Positions 22,201 to 33,500 of a stretch of DNA of 64,000 nt are shown here, piece by piece. Source of the DNA: a virus (lineage: Duplodnaviria > Caudoviricetes); IMG/VR virus record IMGVR_UViG_3300031555_004297. One strand, given 5' to 3'. Made by a program: the position numbers and the translations under genes. Below the pieces are notes generated by a model that did not search any database, was not told where the DNA came from, and saw nothing but the letters and a program-made list of their open reading frames with translations. Every line of letters starts with the position of its first letter. Position 1 is the stretch's first letter.

Positions 22201-25200
22201 CTTTGCCAGCAACTTTACCAACAATATTCTTACTAAGCTTCTGAGCAATCTTTTCGAGAGCCTCTTTAAGCATAGTTGTAGAAACGCCCTTACCGCAGAA
22301 TGACAAAATCTTAGCACCGATCTTGGAGTCTCCGATCTTTGCAAACGCCTTGCTAAGCCCAGCAGCTATCTTACTACCAACATTGTCAGCACTATTCTTA
22401 GCTACATTCTTAGCAGCTTTACCAAGGCCTTTAAGTCCTCCCTCAGCGATATCATCTGCCGCGTTGCCCATAATATTCTTAGTAGCACCAGCAGCTGTCT
22501 TCTGCATAGATTTAAATGCTGCAGAATTAGCAAGATTATCACTATTCTTGATACCAATTTCAAGGATATCATCAGTAAGGTTTCCACCAGACTTTTCTGC
22601 GATCTCGATAGCGACATCTTCGATAGCCTTAGCATCTCCACCCTTCTTCATGATAGCCTTATAAATATCATCAGCATTTCCTCCAGAAGCTTTTGCAAGC
22701 TCCTTAGCAGCATCTTGACGAATTGCTGTACTTTCAATAACATCATGAACGATATCTCCAGCCTTTTGACCGAGATTAATAGAAGCACCAGCTCCTTTTA
22801 CTGTATAGCCAACGCCCTTAGTTGCTGCTTTAACAACACCTTTACCAACGCCCTTAGTAGATACTTTAGACATTACTTTACCAACGCCAGACTTACCAAT
22901 TCCAACAGCAGATCTTACAAATGCTTTACCACCTGCAGATACCATTTTAGAGCCGATAGAATCATTGGTATTCATAACAGTATAACCGCTAACAACTTCC
23001 ATTACAGGATAATCTGTAGGATCGGTAGTTGTTTCGGTTTGGGTTTCGTCAGTATAATAAAGAGGATTGCCCTTCTCATCAGTAGCCTGAGCCATTTCAA
23101 CAGTATTGGTTCTCTGTTTTCTACCAAGAGCACCAACAATACCAGCTGCAGCTTCATCATATTCGTTCGTAGCGGTTCTATCACCAACGCTCTTCTGACC
23201 CCATTTGATGTTCTTTATAGCACTTACAAGTGCCTTAACAAGACCTGCAATAAATACGGGAGCATTATTAAGAAGAACTTCAATAATAGGCTGAATAACG
23301 TTGTCACAGACTTTCTGGAAGTTATCTGCAATATACTGAACTCCATCGCGAACAATACCGCCAAAGCCATCGGGGAATTTTTCTTTGAACCAGCCAGAAG
23401 CTTTAGTCCAGATCTTTCCTACAAGGCCATCAGTAGAATCTCCCTCGTTACCAAAGAGAAGTTTCTTGATAGGATTAATAACCTTATCAGTCAGAACGTC
23501 GCCAAACATTCCAAAGAGGGTAATACCTCCGAGAATACCAGCTCCAATTCCGATAGCTTTTCCAACTTTAGTGCCGCCAATGAACGAGAACAATCCGCCC
23601 ATAGCATCACCAATCTTGCCAAGAATGCCGCCCTTCTTCTTTCCCTTATCCTTAGGATTTCCAAAGAGCTTATCCTTAATACTGATAAGTGCATTTTTGG
23701 TCTCTTCGTGATTTGCAGAATCTCTATCATCTTGAGCATCTTCTTCCTCCGCCTTCTGTTTAGCTTCAACTGCTTCTACCGAGTCTTCTCCATGCACTGT
23801 TTCTACAGCATTAACTGCAGGATCTACAGGTACAGGAAGATTAGAACCAGGAGCAGGAAGTAATCCAGCAGGACTTTCAGAAGATCCGCCCTTTTTCTTC
23901 CGACTAGGAAGTTTAATTTTAGATAATACACCAGCAACTGCAGTCTTTGCACCAGTAAGGATTGAAGTCTTTTCAGATTTCTTGCCATCTTCAGCTTCTT
24001 CTGCAATAAGTTTAGCATATTCTTTGACCTTCTTATGAGGAACATCTTCGAGAGTATATCCGTCCTTCTTTGCAAGAGCTTCAACTCTCTTTATAAATTC
24101 CTCTTCAGTCATTGATTCAGGACGGTTCTTAAGAATCTTTTCGCTGAATGCATCTTCTCTGCTTTCTTTAATAGAGTCAATCATAGATGCAATCGAGCTC
24201 TTAGCAGCAGTCTTGAAGGACATCTTAGAGACTTCCTCATTCTTGTGCTCCTCTTGAATTTGCATCATATACTCAAATCTCTTATCAGCAGGAAGATCTT
24301 CGAGAGTATATCCATCCTTCTTTGCAAGGACTTCAAGTCTCTTATTAACCTCTTCTTCCGTAAGTCCAGGAATATCTTTTGCAAGAATTCCTTTGACCTT
24401 ATTAGAAGCGGACGAAACAGCTCCAGATACAGCTTGACCAAGTTTTGATCCAGCAATACCAGCAGTTGCTTTCGACATAGCATCCTTAACAGAGGTAGTT
24501 ATATTAGAAGTGCGGTCTGCAAGAGTGGTCTTGAAGAAGATAGCTTTACCCTTCTTAAATCTCTTCTTTTCATCCTTACTGAGATTTTTCAGGATTTCTT
24601 GTTCGATTTTCAGATAACGTTTCTCTTTAGGCCCTCTCTTTTGGAACCAGTTCATGCTCTTGATCTTTGGTTTCTTGCTCATCCATCCAAAGGATCTGAC
24701 ACAGGTCATGACCTTGTCTTTGAAGAATTCTTCAGCAGACATGCCATCCTCTTCTGCACCATCATCCTTGAATTTTGCAGCAAATGCTACCATTCCGGTC
24801 TTGGCTTTCTCAAGACTTGCGGATGCTTTCTTCTTAGCATCTCCAAGCATATTAGATACCTTTTCTCTTACAGTATCAAGAGGATTAGGTTTCTTTAGAT
24901 AGATAGCTCTACCCTTCTTGAATACAGACTTTTCGGTCATATTCATATAATTAAGGCAGAATGCTTCAATCTGTTCACGCTTTTCTTCGGAGAGATCAGA
25001 GACTTGCTCAGCTTTCCATCCAAAAGCTCTAGCTTTATCCATTACAGCCTCTGTATAGAACTGTTCAGGATCAGCATTTTTAGCAGCATCAGACTTAGCC
25101 TTTCCAGCTGCGAATTCAGATTTAAGGAAAGCTATATCATCTTTAACGCCAGATGTGACTCCGGCTAGTTTCTGGCCTATCTTGGATTCGGCAAATTTGG

Positions 25201-28200
25201 AAGATGCCTGATTCATCAAAGCCTTAATATCAATCTGAGGAGCATCAGGTCCAGTTGCAAGTGCAGGAATCATCTCCTTATTTGTAGTTTCTACAATTTC
25301 AGGAGATCCAGCACCGAGAAGCCCAGCAATCTTAGATTTTGCAGGTCCAATAGCAGATCTTGCCTTGTTAACAGCAGTCAGAGCTTTCTGCTTAAGTTTG
25401 TCCTTAATGGACATCTTAGCATATTTCTCAGGATCTACATTATCAACTCCAGCCTCTTCTGCTTTTTCCTCATCTTCTTGCTTTTTCTTATCCTCTGCAG
25501 CATCAGCAGTCTTCTTCTTAACTTCTGTAGGAACAATGTCTGTTGACGGCTTCTTGCCCTCTTCAGCACTATTTCCGCCAGGAGTAGTTTTGGCCTCTTC
25601 AGCAGCAGCCTTAGGATTAAGAATAGCTTTCAGAAGTTCATTGGATTCTGCAATTTTTTCAATAATAGTCTTCGTTCTTTCTTCGTAGATATTCTTGAAA
25701 AGATTTGTAGCTTCGGCAGGATCTGTAGGAGGTTCAGGTTCATGACCCGATTCACCATCCTTCTTAGCTCTCTTAAGACGAGCTTTTTGCTCATCTGCCA
25801 TTGCCCTTTGAATCTGACGAAGATCGCTATTGCCTTTAATGCGACGGCCGAGTTTCTTCTCAAGCTCCGCATCTCCAGCAGCAAGTTCATCTTTAGCTTT
25901 TCTAAAGTCAGCATTCTCTTTATAAGTCTTCTCGAGCAATCCCTTAATTTGATTCTTAAGTCTAGACTTCTCTTCAGGAGTAAGATTTTTAAGATCATCA
26001 ATTGCTTCAAAAGCTCCCTCTTCATCGCCTTCAGCGGCAATTTGAGCGATCTTCTTGACCTTATTGTAGCCAACTCTATCATAGAGCTGATGTCCACCTT
26101 CATCATATTCGTTAAAGAAAGAGGAAATCTCTTGACCCATCTGCTGTCTTACACCACCAAGGTTCTTACCAGCAGCTTCACGAGCCTTAAGACGTCCCTT
26201 GACAAGTTCTTCGATACCCTTAAGCTGGGATTCATCCATTTGGCTAATGGCTTCATCCTGCTCAGTAAACTTGTCCTTGCCCATCTTCTTGTCTTTTCTA
26301 AACTGAAGTCTCTCTGCAGCTGTCATTTCTCCAGCTCTACCAGTTCTTACACGCTTCTTTTGCATATGGTCAGCAGCCGCTCCCATAGCTTTAAAAGGCG
26401 CTCCGATAATAGCCTTACCAATGGCAAGAGGAGCTTTCAGAATGTTAAAGAATGTTTTAGTAATGGGCTTGAAGATCTTCTCTTGCAAGAAGTCATGAAT
26501 CGGAATACCAATAGTCTTCTCAAACATGTTGTTTAAGAAGTCCTTAACTTTATCAAAGGTATTAGTTACGGCATTCTTAATAGCGATACCTAATTCCTTA
26601 CCGAAGTTCTTAAGGGGATCGAGGATCTTCTTTTTACCCCATTCGGTGAGGTCATCAAAGATCTTCTTAATTCTCTCTTTAGCAGGATTGAGGATACCAT
26701 TCTTGATAGCACCAACAAGGCTGCCCTTCTTAGGATTATCAGGATCACCAAATACGAATTTATGGAATGCGGAAGTAGAAGTAAGTAATCCAGCACCAGC
26801 ACCAAGAACAGCATTTCCAAGTAAACCGAATGGACCCATAAGCATTCCAGCAACAGCACCGATTCCCATAGCAGGAACAGACTTCTTGAAGAATTTCTTA
26901 GCCTTCTCAGCAGTTTCCTTAGAAATAAGACCATCTTTACCGGTTTCAGCATCACCAAATACGAACTTCTTGAAGTTATCATTATTCTTCAGGTATCCAA
27001 TACCAGCGCCAATCGCAGCACCACCAAGAACACCAAAAGGAGTAAGCAATCCAAGAAGACCGCCTGCGATACCAAAGTCGCCCATGTCTTTACCATGCTT
27101 CTTGAAGATATCGACAACAGACTTGGGAATGACACCGCCCTTACGATTTCCTTCATCATCCTTCTCACCGAATAGCATGGTCTTAAGAGTTTCGCTATTC
27201 TGAAGAACAGATATACCAGCACCTGCAAGAGCACCAAGCAGCGGATTACCCATAAGCAGACCTGCACCTGCACCAAGGATACCACCAGCTCCAACTCTAG
27301 ATGCCTTAGAAGGATCTTTATTCTCTTCCCAGATCTTATAAAGGTTACTCTTCATTTCTTCAGTATTGAAGGTTCCCTTTGCATTAAGACCTATATAATT
27401 CATGATTTTTGCTCTATCAGCTCTTTCAAGGCTCTCCATTCTGGAGAGTTCTTTAGGATCTGTAGAGGCAGGGATAATAATCTCTCCAGGAGAGATCATA
27501 GTAAGACCGCGTTTGGTAACGATTCTACCACGTGCGCTAGTTGCAGGCTGCTCACCAGCAGGAGTACCTTCTGTTTCATTCTTGATTTCTTCGGCAGACT
27601 TTACTCCACCTTTTTCAAGTTCAGAAATGATCTGATCACGTCTAGCTTTTCTAGCCTTGATCTTAGTATTTACTCTACTGATATCTGTGCGATATTGCTT
27701 TCCAAGAGCAACGATAGCTTTTCTAGCCTCAGGGCTTCCTTCAGCTTGCTGATATAAGAATTTGGTGGTAGCAGTAATGCCCTGCTCCTTTGCCATTTCG
27801 TATACCTGTGCTTCATCGAAACCAATTTCTGCAGCTTTCTTAGCAAATTCATGTTCTTTAACGCTTATAGTACGTTCATTAAAAGCAGTACCAACAGCAT
27901 CCATTCCGCGTCCAATAGTTCTATTGAAGCCAAGTTTAACTCTGTTCTTACCAGATCTAAACATGTCTCCCATAGCATTCTTGACAGGAGCGCCATACTT
28001 ATCCCATAAAGGTTTTAATTTTTCTTTGACTTTATCTTTGAATGGATCAAATTTATCTTTAAACCACTTAGACAGACCTTCGAAAGCATCTTTAACTCTA
28101 GAAATCATATAATTAAATATGCTATCGATTTCATTACCATCCTTATCGACCATCTTCTCATTTCCAAAGAAGACTTTGAAAAGATTTTGGTCTGCCTTGT

Positions 28201-30367
28201 TAAGCAGTTTAGTCATATACTCCATAGGAGCACTTATGACTGTACCGAACTTATCGGCCATTGCACCGAGGAATTGACCTGCTTTAGTATTGCCGAATTT
28301 TTCACGAACCTTATCACCAAATTTCTTAGTGGGGTTCTTCTTAGCCTCTTCTTCTTCCCTTGCCTTTGTAGCTCTTTCAAGAAGCTCTTCTTCTGTCCAG
28401 AGCGATGCATCGGCATCTCCGAATATTTCTTCTGCGTCTGATTCCCCGTCACCGCCATCATCGGACGATGATCCACTCGAGCTAGACGAACTACTACTTC
28501 CTCTAGATCTTCTTTCTTTCCTTCTCTGGGCCTTAGTTCTTCTGCCAGAACCAGCATGAATCTTATTACCTAGAGTTTTAAGGATTTCCTTAAGATACCA
28601 GAAGACATTATGACCATCAGCATCTTTGCTGAGGCTTAGTAGTCCATATCCAGCCGCTCTATTGCCACCATGAGTTCCAGGACCAGCATTACCTTCATAT
28701 GTATGATTATAGAGAATTCTAGAGATACCTCCATTTCTCTCTTCATCTTCCATATAGCGATTCTGATTCTGACGAGCTCTCATATGATTGCCTGCAAGAC
28801 CTTGAATAGCAGCTCTTACCTTAGGATCGTTTCTTCCCAATTTAAGAAGATAATCCATGTTAGATTTGCTCATGCCATAGTAGTACGAATCATTTTTCTT
28901 AGGAGAAAATGCTCCGCCATCTTCAAATACCTGCCTATTCATAGCAGATATTTGCTGTCTAAAGTCATCAGCGCTTTGCTTATTAAGCTTAGCCATCTCT
29001 TCAATATAAGGCTGAAGAGCATACTGTAGGTCTAGACCTGCACTAGTGGCATTCATATTTCTACGATTTTCATGCTCAGCCTTAACCTGCTTAGCAGACT
29101 TCCAGCTACCGGTTTGGAAATCGTAGTATCTCTCTCCACTACCAGTCAGAGCTGCCTCAATACGAGCCAGATAACCAGGGATAGTTTCAATAATAGATTG
29201 ACGAGTAATTCCATCAAAGGATACAGCGTCTTTCTTATAATTTGCAGTATCAATCTTCTTCTTTTCCTTCAGGTCGATTCCAAAGATCTTTCCAAGGAAA
29301 GAAAGAATAGATCCATCATCATTCTTACCAGCAGCATTTGCTTGAGCAATAAATGTGCTGAAAGCTGAAGACAAAGATTTATCGAATCCCTTGAGAGCTC
29401 CTTTAAAGTTCTTAGGAAGAAGCATTCCCATCATACCTGAAAGGATAGGCTGCCACGGATTCTGAGCCCACATCATAAGAGGATTCATTCCTCCACCCAA
29501 CATACTCAATCCAAGAGCATCGAATACGTGGGTTTGTACGTTCTTCTTGATAGCCTTTGCATACCCCTTAATGTTCATGCCACCAGTAGCCGTAAATGCA
29601 TCCTCGAAAGTTGTGTCTTTGCTCTGCTGCTTCTGAGCATACAGATTTCTCTGCATCTCGAGAAGTTCTTTCTGCATAGCAACAAGCTCTTGAGAAGCTT
29701 TAATCTGCTCCTCGTAGAATCTACTAGAGTTATTCATGTGAGTAACCATAGCCGTATTCAAGAACTTGGTAATATTACTAACTTCTCCATAAACAGCTCC
29801 AATACTAGAAGAAATCATAGCAGTGGAACGTTCTTGAGTTGCAATCAGAGCCTTTGTAGACGCTTCATGAGATCTAGTTACAACTTCAACTCCGCTTACG
29901 ATCGTTTTGCACTGAGCATCGGCAGCAGCCCCAATAGCTTGATCAAAGCTATTGGAAAGCGTCTTAGCAGATGCAACAATTTCACTAGGACCGGAAGAGG
30001 AGCCTTCTCCGTCATCAGAAGAGATAGTAAAACCGAAATCAGATTCCATGTCGTCCATTCCCATGATCTCATCAGAGTAATCACGATTGTGATAGAGCTG
30101 ACCCGACTTCAAGTCATCCTTCATATTCTTCAGACCTGTTCTAACAGCCACAAAGGTCTTATTTTCTGTAATGGCCTTGTGAGCTTTTTTCATCGTCTGG
30201 CGATAGTTTCTAGCGCCAGCATATACTTCTTTAAATACATCATTATTGGCATCGGCAAAATCTTTGATGCCTTCAATATTTTCAGAAATGCTGTCAATAG
30301 CGGCAAATGCTAAAGATTTACCAGCATTTTTGACATAGTTTGCGACTTTGGGTAATCCCTTGGCCAT
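19289..30367 (-). CDS. tape measure protein with C-terminal C39-like cysteine peptidase domain
   Basis: 3692 aa; helical, Gly/Ala-rich hydrophobic segments and internal repeats; YQSDP...TIGENGCAPVA...PHFITGVG...VEDPD. Confidence 0.8.
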   Translation of the reverse strand: MAKGLPKVANYVKNAGKSLAFAAIDSISENIEGIKDFADANNDVFKEVYAGARNYRQTMKKAHKAITENKTFVAVRTGLKNMKDDLKSGQLYHNRDYSDEIMGMDDMESDFGFTISSDDGEGSSSGPSEIVASAKTLSNSFDQAIGAAADAQCKTIVSGVEVVTRSHEASTKALIATQERSTAMISSSIGAVYGEVSNITKFLNTAMVTHMNNSSRFYEEQIKASQELVAMQKELLEMQRNLYAQKQQSKDTTFEDAFTATGGMNIKGYAKAIKKNVQTHVFDALGLSMLGGGMNPLMMWAQNPWQPILSGMMGMLLPKNFKGALKGFDKSLSSAFSTFIAQANAAGKNDDGSILSFLGKIFGIDLKEKKKIDTANYKKDAVSFDGITRQSIIETIPGYLARIEAALTGSGERYYDFQTGSWKSAKQVKAEHENRRNMNATSAGLDLQYALQPYIEEMAKLNKQSADDFRQQISAMNRQVFEDGGAFSPKKNDSYYYGMSKSNMDYLLKLGRNDPKVRAAIQGLAGNHMRARQNQNRYMEDEERNGGISRILYNHTYEGNAGPGTHGGNRAAGYGLLSLSKDADGHNVFWYLKEILKTLGNKIHAGSGRRTKAQRRKERRSRGSSSSSSSSGSSSDDGGDGESDAEEIFGDADASLWTEEELLERATKAREEEEAKKNPTKKFGDKVREKFGNTKAGQFLGAMADKFGTVISAPMEYMTKLLNKADQNLFKVFFGNEKMVDKDGNEIDSIFNYMISRVKDAFEGLSKWFKDKFDPFKDKVKEKLKPLWDKYGAPVKNAMGDMFRSGKNRVKLGFNRTIGRGMDAVGTAFNERTISVKEHEFAKKAAEIGFDEAQVYEMAKEQGITATTKFLYQQAEGSPEARKAIVALGKQYRTDISRVNTKIKARKARRDQIISELEKGGVKSAEEIKNETEGTPAGEQPATSARGRIVTKRGLTMISPGEIIIPASTDPKELSRMESLERADRAKIMNYIGLNAKGTFNTEEMKSNLYKIWEENKDPSKASRVGAGGILGAGAGLLMGNPLLGALAGAGISVLQNSETLKTMLFGEKDDEGNRKGGVIPKSVVDIFKKHGKDMGDFGIAGGLLGLLTPFGVLGGAAIGAGIGYLKNNDNFKKFVFGDAETGKDGLISKETAEKAKKFFKKSVPAMGIGAVAGMLMGPFGLLGNAVLGAGAGLLTSTSAFHKFVFGDPDNPKKGSLVGAIKNGILNPAKERIKKIFDDLTEWGKKKILDPLKNFGKELGIAIKNAVTNTFDKVKDFLNNMFEKTIGIPIHDFLQEKIFKPITKTFFNILKAPLAIGKAIIGAPFKAMGAAADHMQKKRVRTGRAGEMTAAERLQFRKDKKMGKDKFTEQDEAISQMDESQLKGIEELVKGRLKAREAAGKNLGGVRQQMGQEISSFFNEYDEGGHQLYDRVGYNKVKKIAQIAAEGDEEGAFEAIDDLKNLTPEEKSRLKNQIKGLLEKTYKENADFRKAKDELAAGDAELEKKLGRRIKGNSDLRQIQRAMADEQKARLKRAKKDGESGHEPEPPTDPAEATNLFKNIYEERTKTIIEKIAESNELLKAILNPKAAAEEAKTTPGGNSAEEGKKPSTDIVPTEVKKKTADAAEDKKKQEDEEKAEEAGVDNVDPEKYAKMSIKDKLKQKALTAVNKARSAIGPAKSKIAGLLGAGSPEIVETTNKEMIPALATGPDAPQIDIKALMNQASSKFAESKIGQKLAGVTSGVKDDIAFLKSEFAAGKAKSDAAKNADPEQFYTEAVMDKARAFGWKAEQVSDLSEEKREQIEAFCLNYMNMTEKSVFKKGRAIYLKKPNPLDTVREKVSNMLGDAKKKASASLEKAKTGMVAFAAKFKDDGAEEDGMSAEEFFKDKVMTCVRSFGWMSKKPKIKSMNWFQKRGPKEKRYLKIEQEILKNLSKDEKKRFKKGKAIFFKTTLADRTSNITTSVKDAMSKATAGIAGSKLGQAVSGAVSSASNKVKGILAKDIPGLTEEEVNKRLEVLAKKDGYTLEDLPADKRFEYMMQIQEEHKNEEVSKMSFKTAAKSSIASMIDSIKESREDAFSEKILKNRPESMTEEEFIKRVEALAKKDGYTLEDVPHKKVKEYAKLIAEEAEDGKKSEKTSILTGAKTAVAGVLSKIKLPSRKKKGGSSESPAGLLPAPGSNLPVPVDPAVNAVETVHGEDSVEAVEAKQKAEEEDAQDDRDSANHEETKNALISIKDKLFGNPKDKGKKKGGILGKIGDAMGGLFSFIGGTKVGKAIGIGAGILGGITLFGMFGDVLTDKVINPIKKLLFGNEGDSTDGLVGKIWTKASGWFKEKFPDGFGGIVRDGVQYIADNFQKVCDNVIQPIIEVLLNNAPVFIAGLVKALVSAIKNIKWGQKSVGDRTATNEYDEAAAGIVGALGRKQRTNTVEMAQATDEKGNPLYYTDETQTETTTDPTDYPVMEVVSGYTVMNTNDSIGSKMVSAGGKAFVRSAVGIGKSGVGKVMSKVSTKGVGKGVVKAATKGVGYTVKGAGASINLGQKAGDIVHDVIESTAIRQDAAKELAKASGGNADDIYKAIMKKGGDAKAIEDVAIEIAEKSGGNLTDDILEIGIKNSDNLANSAAFKSMQKTAAGATKNIMGNAADDIAEGGLKGLGKAAKNVAKNSADNVGSKIAAGLSKAFAKIGDSKIGAKILSFCGKGVSTTMLKEALEKIAQKLSKNIVGKVAGKALGKIASGIAGKIPFVAIAIWVKDFLHGFDNADTILGVAKGDTEFEVNFGHKIVCGLLELITNQFTFGLLPSEIIVDVCVEFLFPLLGLDPKGLKEARARAQDIMDEWNEAHPEEQYDNLEDFNNKDKLHVQIGKALKNTQIGEQVENVKQVGGGAIQMFKDAGSTIKNIFSGIKNGNLDETMAPLIESFKGLPKWIIAAFKNLWTSAVTGEDSEESQIADDDPLKGIKNVIHGVMKVITCPITSIVKFFAHFKENMAKMWDSLKKFGSFIWQGVKNVFIKAWDGNMLGAFSVKANQENERGLVGNLANVVFSVMKIAISPIIYITSMVGKVKNFVMDAIECGKVIIPILGTMVGQLFKKSWEGEDYEINISTTGNDMIDNVMKGVFGIVKVVTFVPRAITWAVGRIVDTVKIVIDAGKQMIPKLATAVGGLFVAAWKGEDGPDAPESTGNNVMDIINKAIFFVVKVVTFVPRALTWVVGRVVDTVKVVINAGKQMLPKLGTAVGALFTAAWKGEESPKSPESTGNNVMDIINNVIFQVVKVLSTPLRIIVGAIGTVVSFITGGIDGLKQRLKPVTDAFDWIKEKIMGIWDGITGFFENTFGKIKSFFGGGNWGFPDVGGWISDKFGAVVDGIKNVASSIGEGISNAWSTVKGWFGGAGKHIYQSDPTVANRTYGPTTIGENGCAPVAATNAINNVRGKTITLNEAARHAENNGFLNKEGMTDMKYFESIFNKYGIKTQATNDSNLIMEALKHGHQVVMLGMDPQGNSNSPYGSRPHFITGVGLDNKNNIVVEDPDMPQSRVSYDPRRVLGTTLSAMVTSEKIDGQVGSGRGANALTESRRAAAAHYGSARALDSYEPAETPVVVHAKDDKSGGAGGVSYEVFLETIVNVLMQIAANTGLLAKILELLSEKLDINLNKEEVQKVVEQNTAGTKAALARIIQRSGDANAAKLIGDKDTDYLLKVMSGLASE

Positions 30368-30524
30368 ATAAAATCGAACCTCCTTTCTGGGGTTAATTTT
30401 ACTTCTATGTTCAGCTAGTTAAAATAGGAGTAGATAAACCTAATTGCCTTAAATTTGGGCAAATTAGATAAAAAAATAAAGTAGTCTAGAGGCCTAAAAT
30501 AGCCTCTAGACTGATACAAAAAGA

Positions 30525-33500
30525 TTATTGAATTTCTTCAATAGATTTCGGTTTAATGCCCATAATATCCTTTACTTGTCTATCTAATTCAACCATTACT
30601 TTATTAATTGCACCAGATGTCCAAACAGAAGTAACCATACGAGCATTAAATGATCTTGCTGCAAAGAGTGCATGAATATCCTCTTCTGGTCTGAATTCAG
30701 AGAATGGAGCCTCTCCCTCAGGGAAGATATTCTTAACTACACCTTTATTAGCAGACTGAGCAACAACCTTATCTCCTACAGAGAGCTTGTCATTATACTT
30801 AATATAGAATACAATCTTTACACCATCCTGATTATTCTTCATGGGCCCAGTAGGCTGCATCTTATAATCAGGTTCAAGCATATTCTCTCCGGGAGCATGG
30901 TACTCTTGGAATTTTTTCTTTCTAGCTTTAATTTCTTTCTCATAAGGAATTACGAGCTTCTTCAAGCTATCAGACATTTCCTCGAGTTCACAAGTTCTAT
31001 AGATTTTAATATCCTGAATTACTCCAGTATATTTAGATTTCAGTCTAATACGACCAAGATCAGATACATATTCAGGATCTGTAATATTCTTCAGAAGCGC
31101 ATTAGCATCTTCTTCATCAAAAGAGTTCTGAAATATAATCAAAGGATCGCCTTCTTGAACTTCTTGACCAACTTTTACGATGCTATAAAGGTTGGTATTC
31201 TTAGAAAGATCAATATCTTTCTCTACAACAACATTGGTAGCCATTGCTTCAGACAACCAAGAAGAGATCGAAGTAGAGTCCTCGAAGCCTTCATCGGTAT
31301 TCATAATAGCAACCTTAGCAAGTACACCAATATTATATGCAGGATTATCGCTTTCTCCAACTTTATTAGAGAAGGATGATTTATCATAAGCAAGAATCTC
31401 ATCTTTCTTAAAGATAGAATTCTCCTTAAGATCTGTATCAAGCTTAAGAGTAATGTAAAAACCACCATCGGAGTTCTTCTTTACATTTTCTCTAAGATCG
31501 ATATATTCATTAGTGTAAGTTTCGCCTTCCTGAGTCATAACGGGTTTTCTATATTCGACTACCATATACTGATCAGGAACAACTTCAACAACTCTTCCTG
31601 TTTCTTTTGCTTTAACAACAAAGGTTTCAGAAGCCATATGAGCCATTGCTTCATCGGCACCATTAGTAATAAGAAGAGGAGCTGACTTAGCCGTACGCAT
31701 GGAGTGTTTCGATGTCTGAATAAATGTCATAGCAGAACGGAAGGGGTCATCTCTGGTTGTACCAAAGGGAGTTACAGCCTCTGTCATACCAAATGACTTA
31801 GTTACAGACATTTCTTCCTTCTTTGTAGGCTTAATATAACCACGGATTCCTACAATATCCATATCAATCGTTGTCTGACGGTTGATACCGACATTTGCAG
31901 AGAAACCTGTAGAAAGAGCAAGTTTATTAATCATAGAATCATCATAAGTACGCTTATCAAGACCATAAGATCTATCAGAGTTCATACCAGATAATCCTTT
32001 GAAAGATACAGAGTTTGCAGCTTCGCGCTCAAGAAGAGGATTAAGGATAGACAAATCAGAAGACATAGGATCCTCCATAACCAAATCAATTACAGCGCTA
32101 CGCTTCATAGAGATACCGACTTTTCTTCCACGCTTAACCTGAGTTTTATAATCAGTATAAGCTTTGGAAAGAGCTTTATAGAAGTAGCCAGCTACGATCT
32201 CAATTGTTCTATAGCGATTACCAGAGATATCGGTATGGCGATTATATTTATTATCAGCAAGAAGATTATTTGCATACATAAGCATTCCAAAATAATCAGA
32301 AGGAATACTGCAATCGTTACAAACTTCTTCTGTGATAGGATCAATAAAGCAATCTACGAAGTTATCAAGACCATCCGAGAGGATTCTTCCGCCAAACTCA
32401 TCAAGGAAGTCTAACCACATGGACCTCTTATCTACATCCATGATAGAATACATCTCAGTGGGGCAAGTAGCCAAACCATTGAGAAGCATTGAATTAGAAT
32501 AAGTAATAGGATAAATGAGATATCCATCAGAGAATTTGATCCATCCGAATTCATTAGGATCTTTTCCAGTCTTTTCTCCAAGAAGTTTTGCTCCTTTGCA
32601 ATACTTCATAACTCCATTAAGGCCAAGTGTATAGCCCATTACTACAACTAGCGGAATCTTATTAGCCATAAGGCTTGCTTCAGAATAATTAAGCCTAGAT
32701 GCCGGCTTAATAGCTGTATATAGCTCTCTAAAATCTGCAGAAATAGAACCAAGCTCCTTCATAATTTGAAGAGAAACAAGATTAGTGTCTCCTTCACCAT
32801 CGAAGTATCTAATAGAATTATCATACTTGTTGACCGCATAAGGAAGACCCTGTTTAGGATCTGCTTTATACGTTGTATAGTATTCATCTTGATTAAAATA
32901 ATAAATCGAGGTAGCAGTTTCGATTCTATTTACTTCAGATGCAATATCAATATAGTCTGCAGGAAGTTCATATTTAGAACAGATTGCGGTATTATCTCCA
33001 AACCAGACTTTAATGTCTTTATTGCCTTTATAAAGGGTTGTAAATTTATGCAGAGCTTTATTAAGAACATCAGAAGATGGATAAGATCTTCCTTTAAGGC
33101 CATGACGACGAATGAAAATCTTGTTATAGTTGCTTACGCACTGTACAGTATCTTCATCGGTCTTAAGACAAGGCAGAAGCATAAGCTGACCAGACATGAC
33201 TTTTTCATTTCCACGAAGTCTCATAAATCTATTACTCTTAAATTTAGGAATATCGAATACAAGACTTGCTCTCTTTCCAAATCCATCCTCAGTCTGAACC
33301 GTATAAGTATCAATATAATCCATATTCGTGGATGTATCTTCAACCTTAATATCGATAATAGAAATAGGATAAGTCTTCTTAGAAAGATCTGCGAGCATTC
33401 TCATGATATCGCTATTGATATCATAATTATCTTGGAAGTTGAGGAATTTCATATCACTCCATTCCTCATTAATAGAATCTACTTTAAGATGCTTCGAAGG

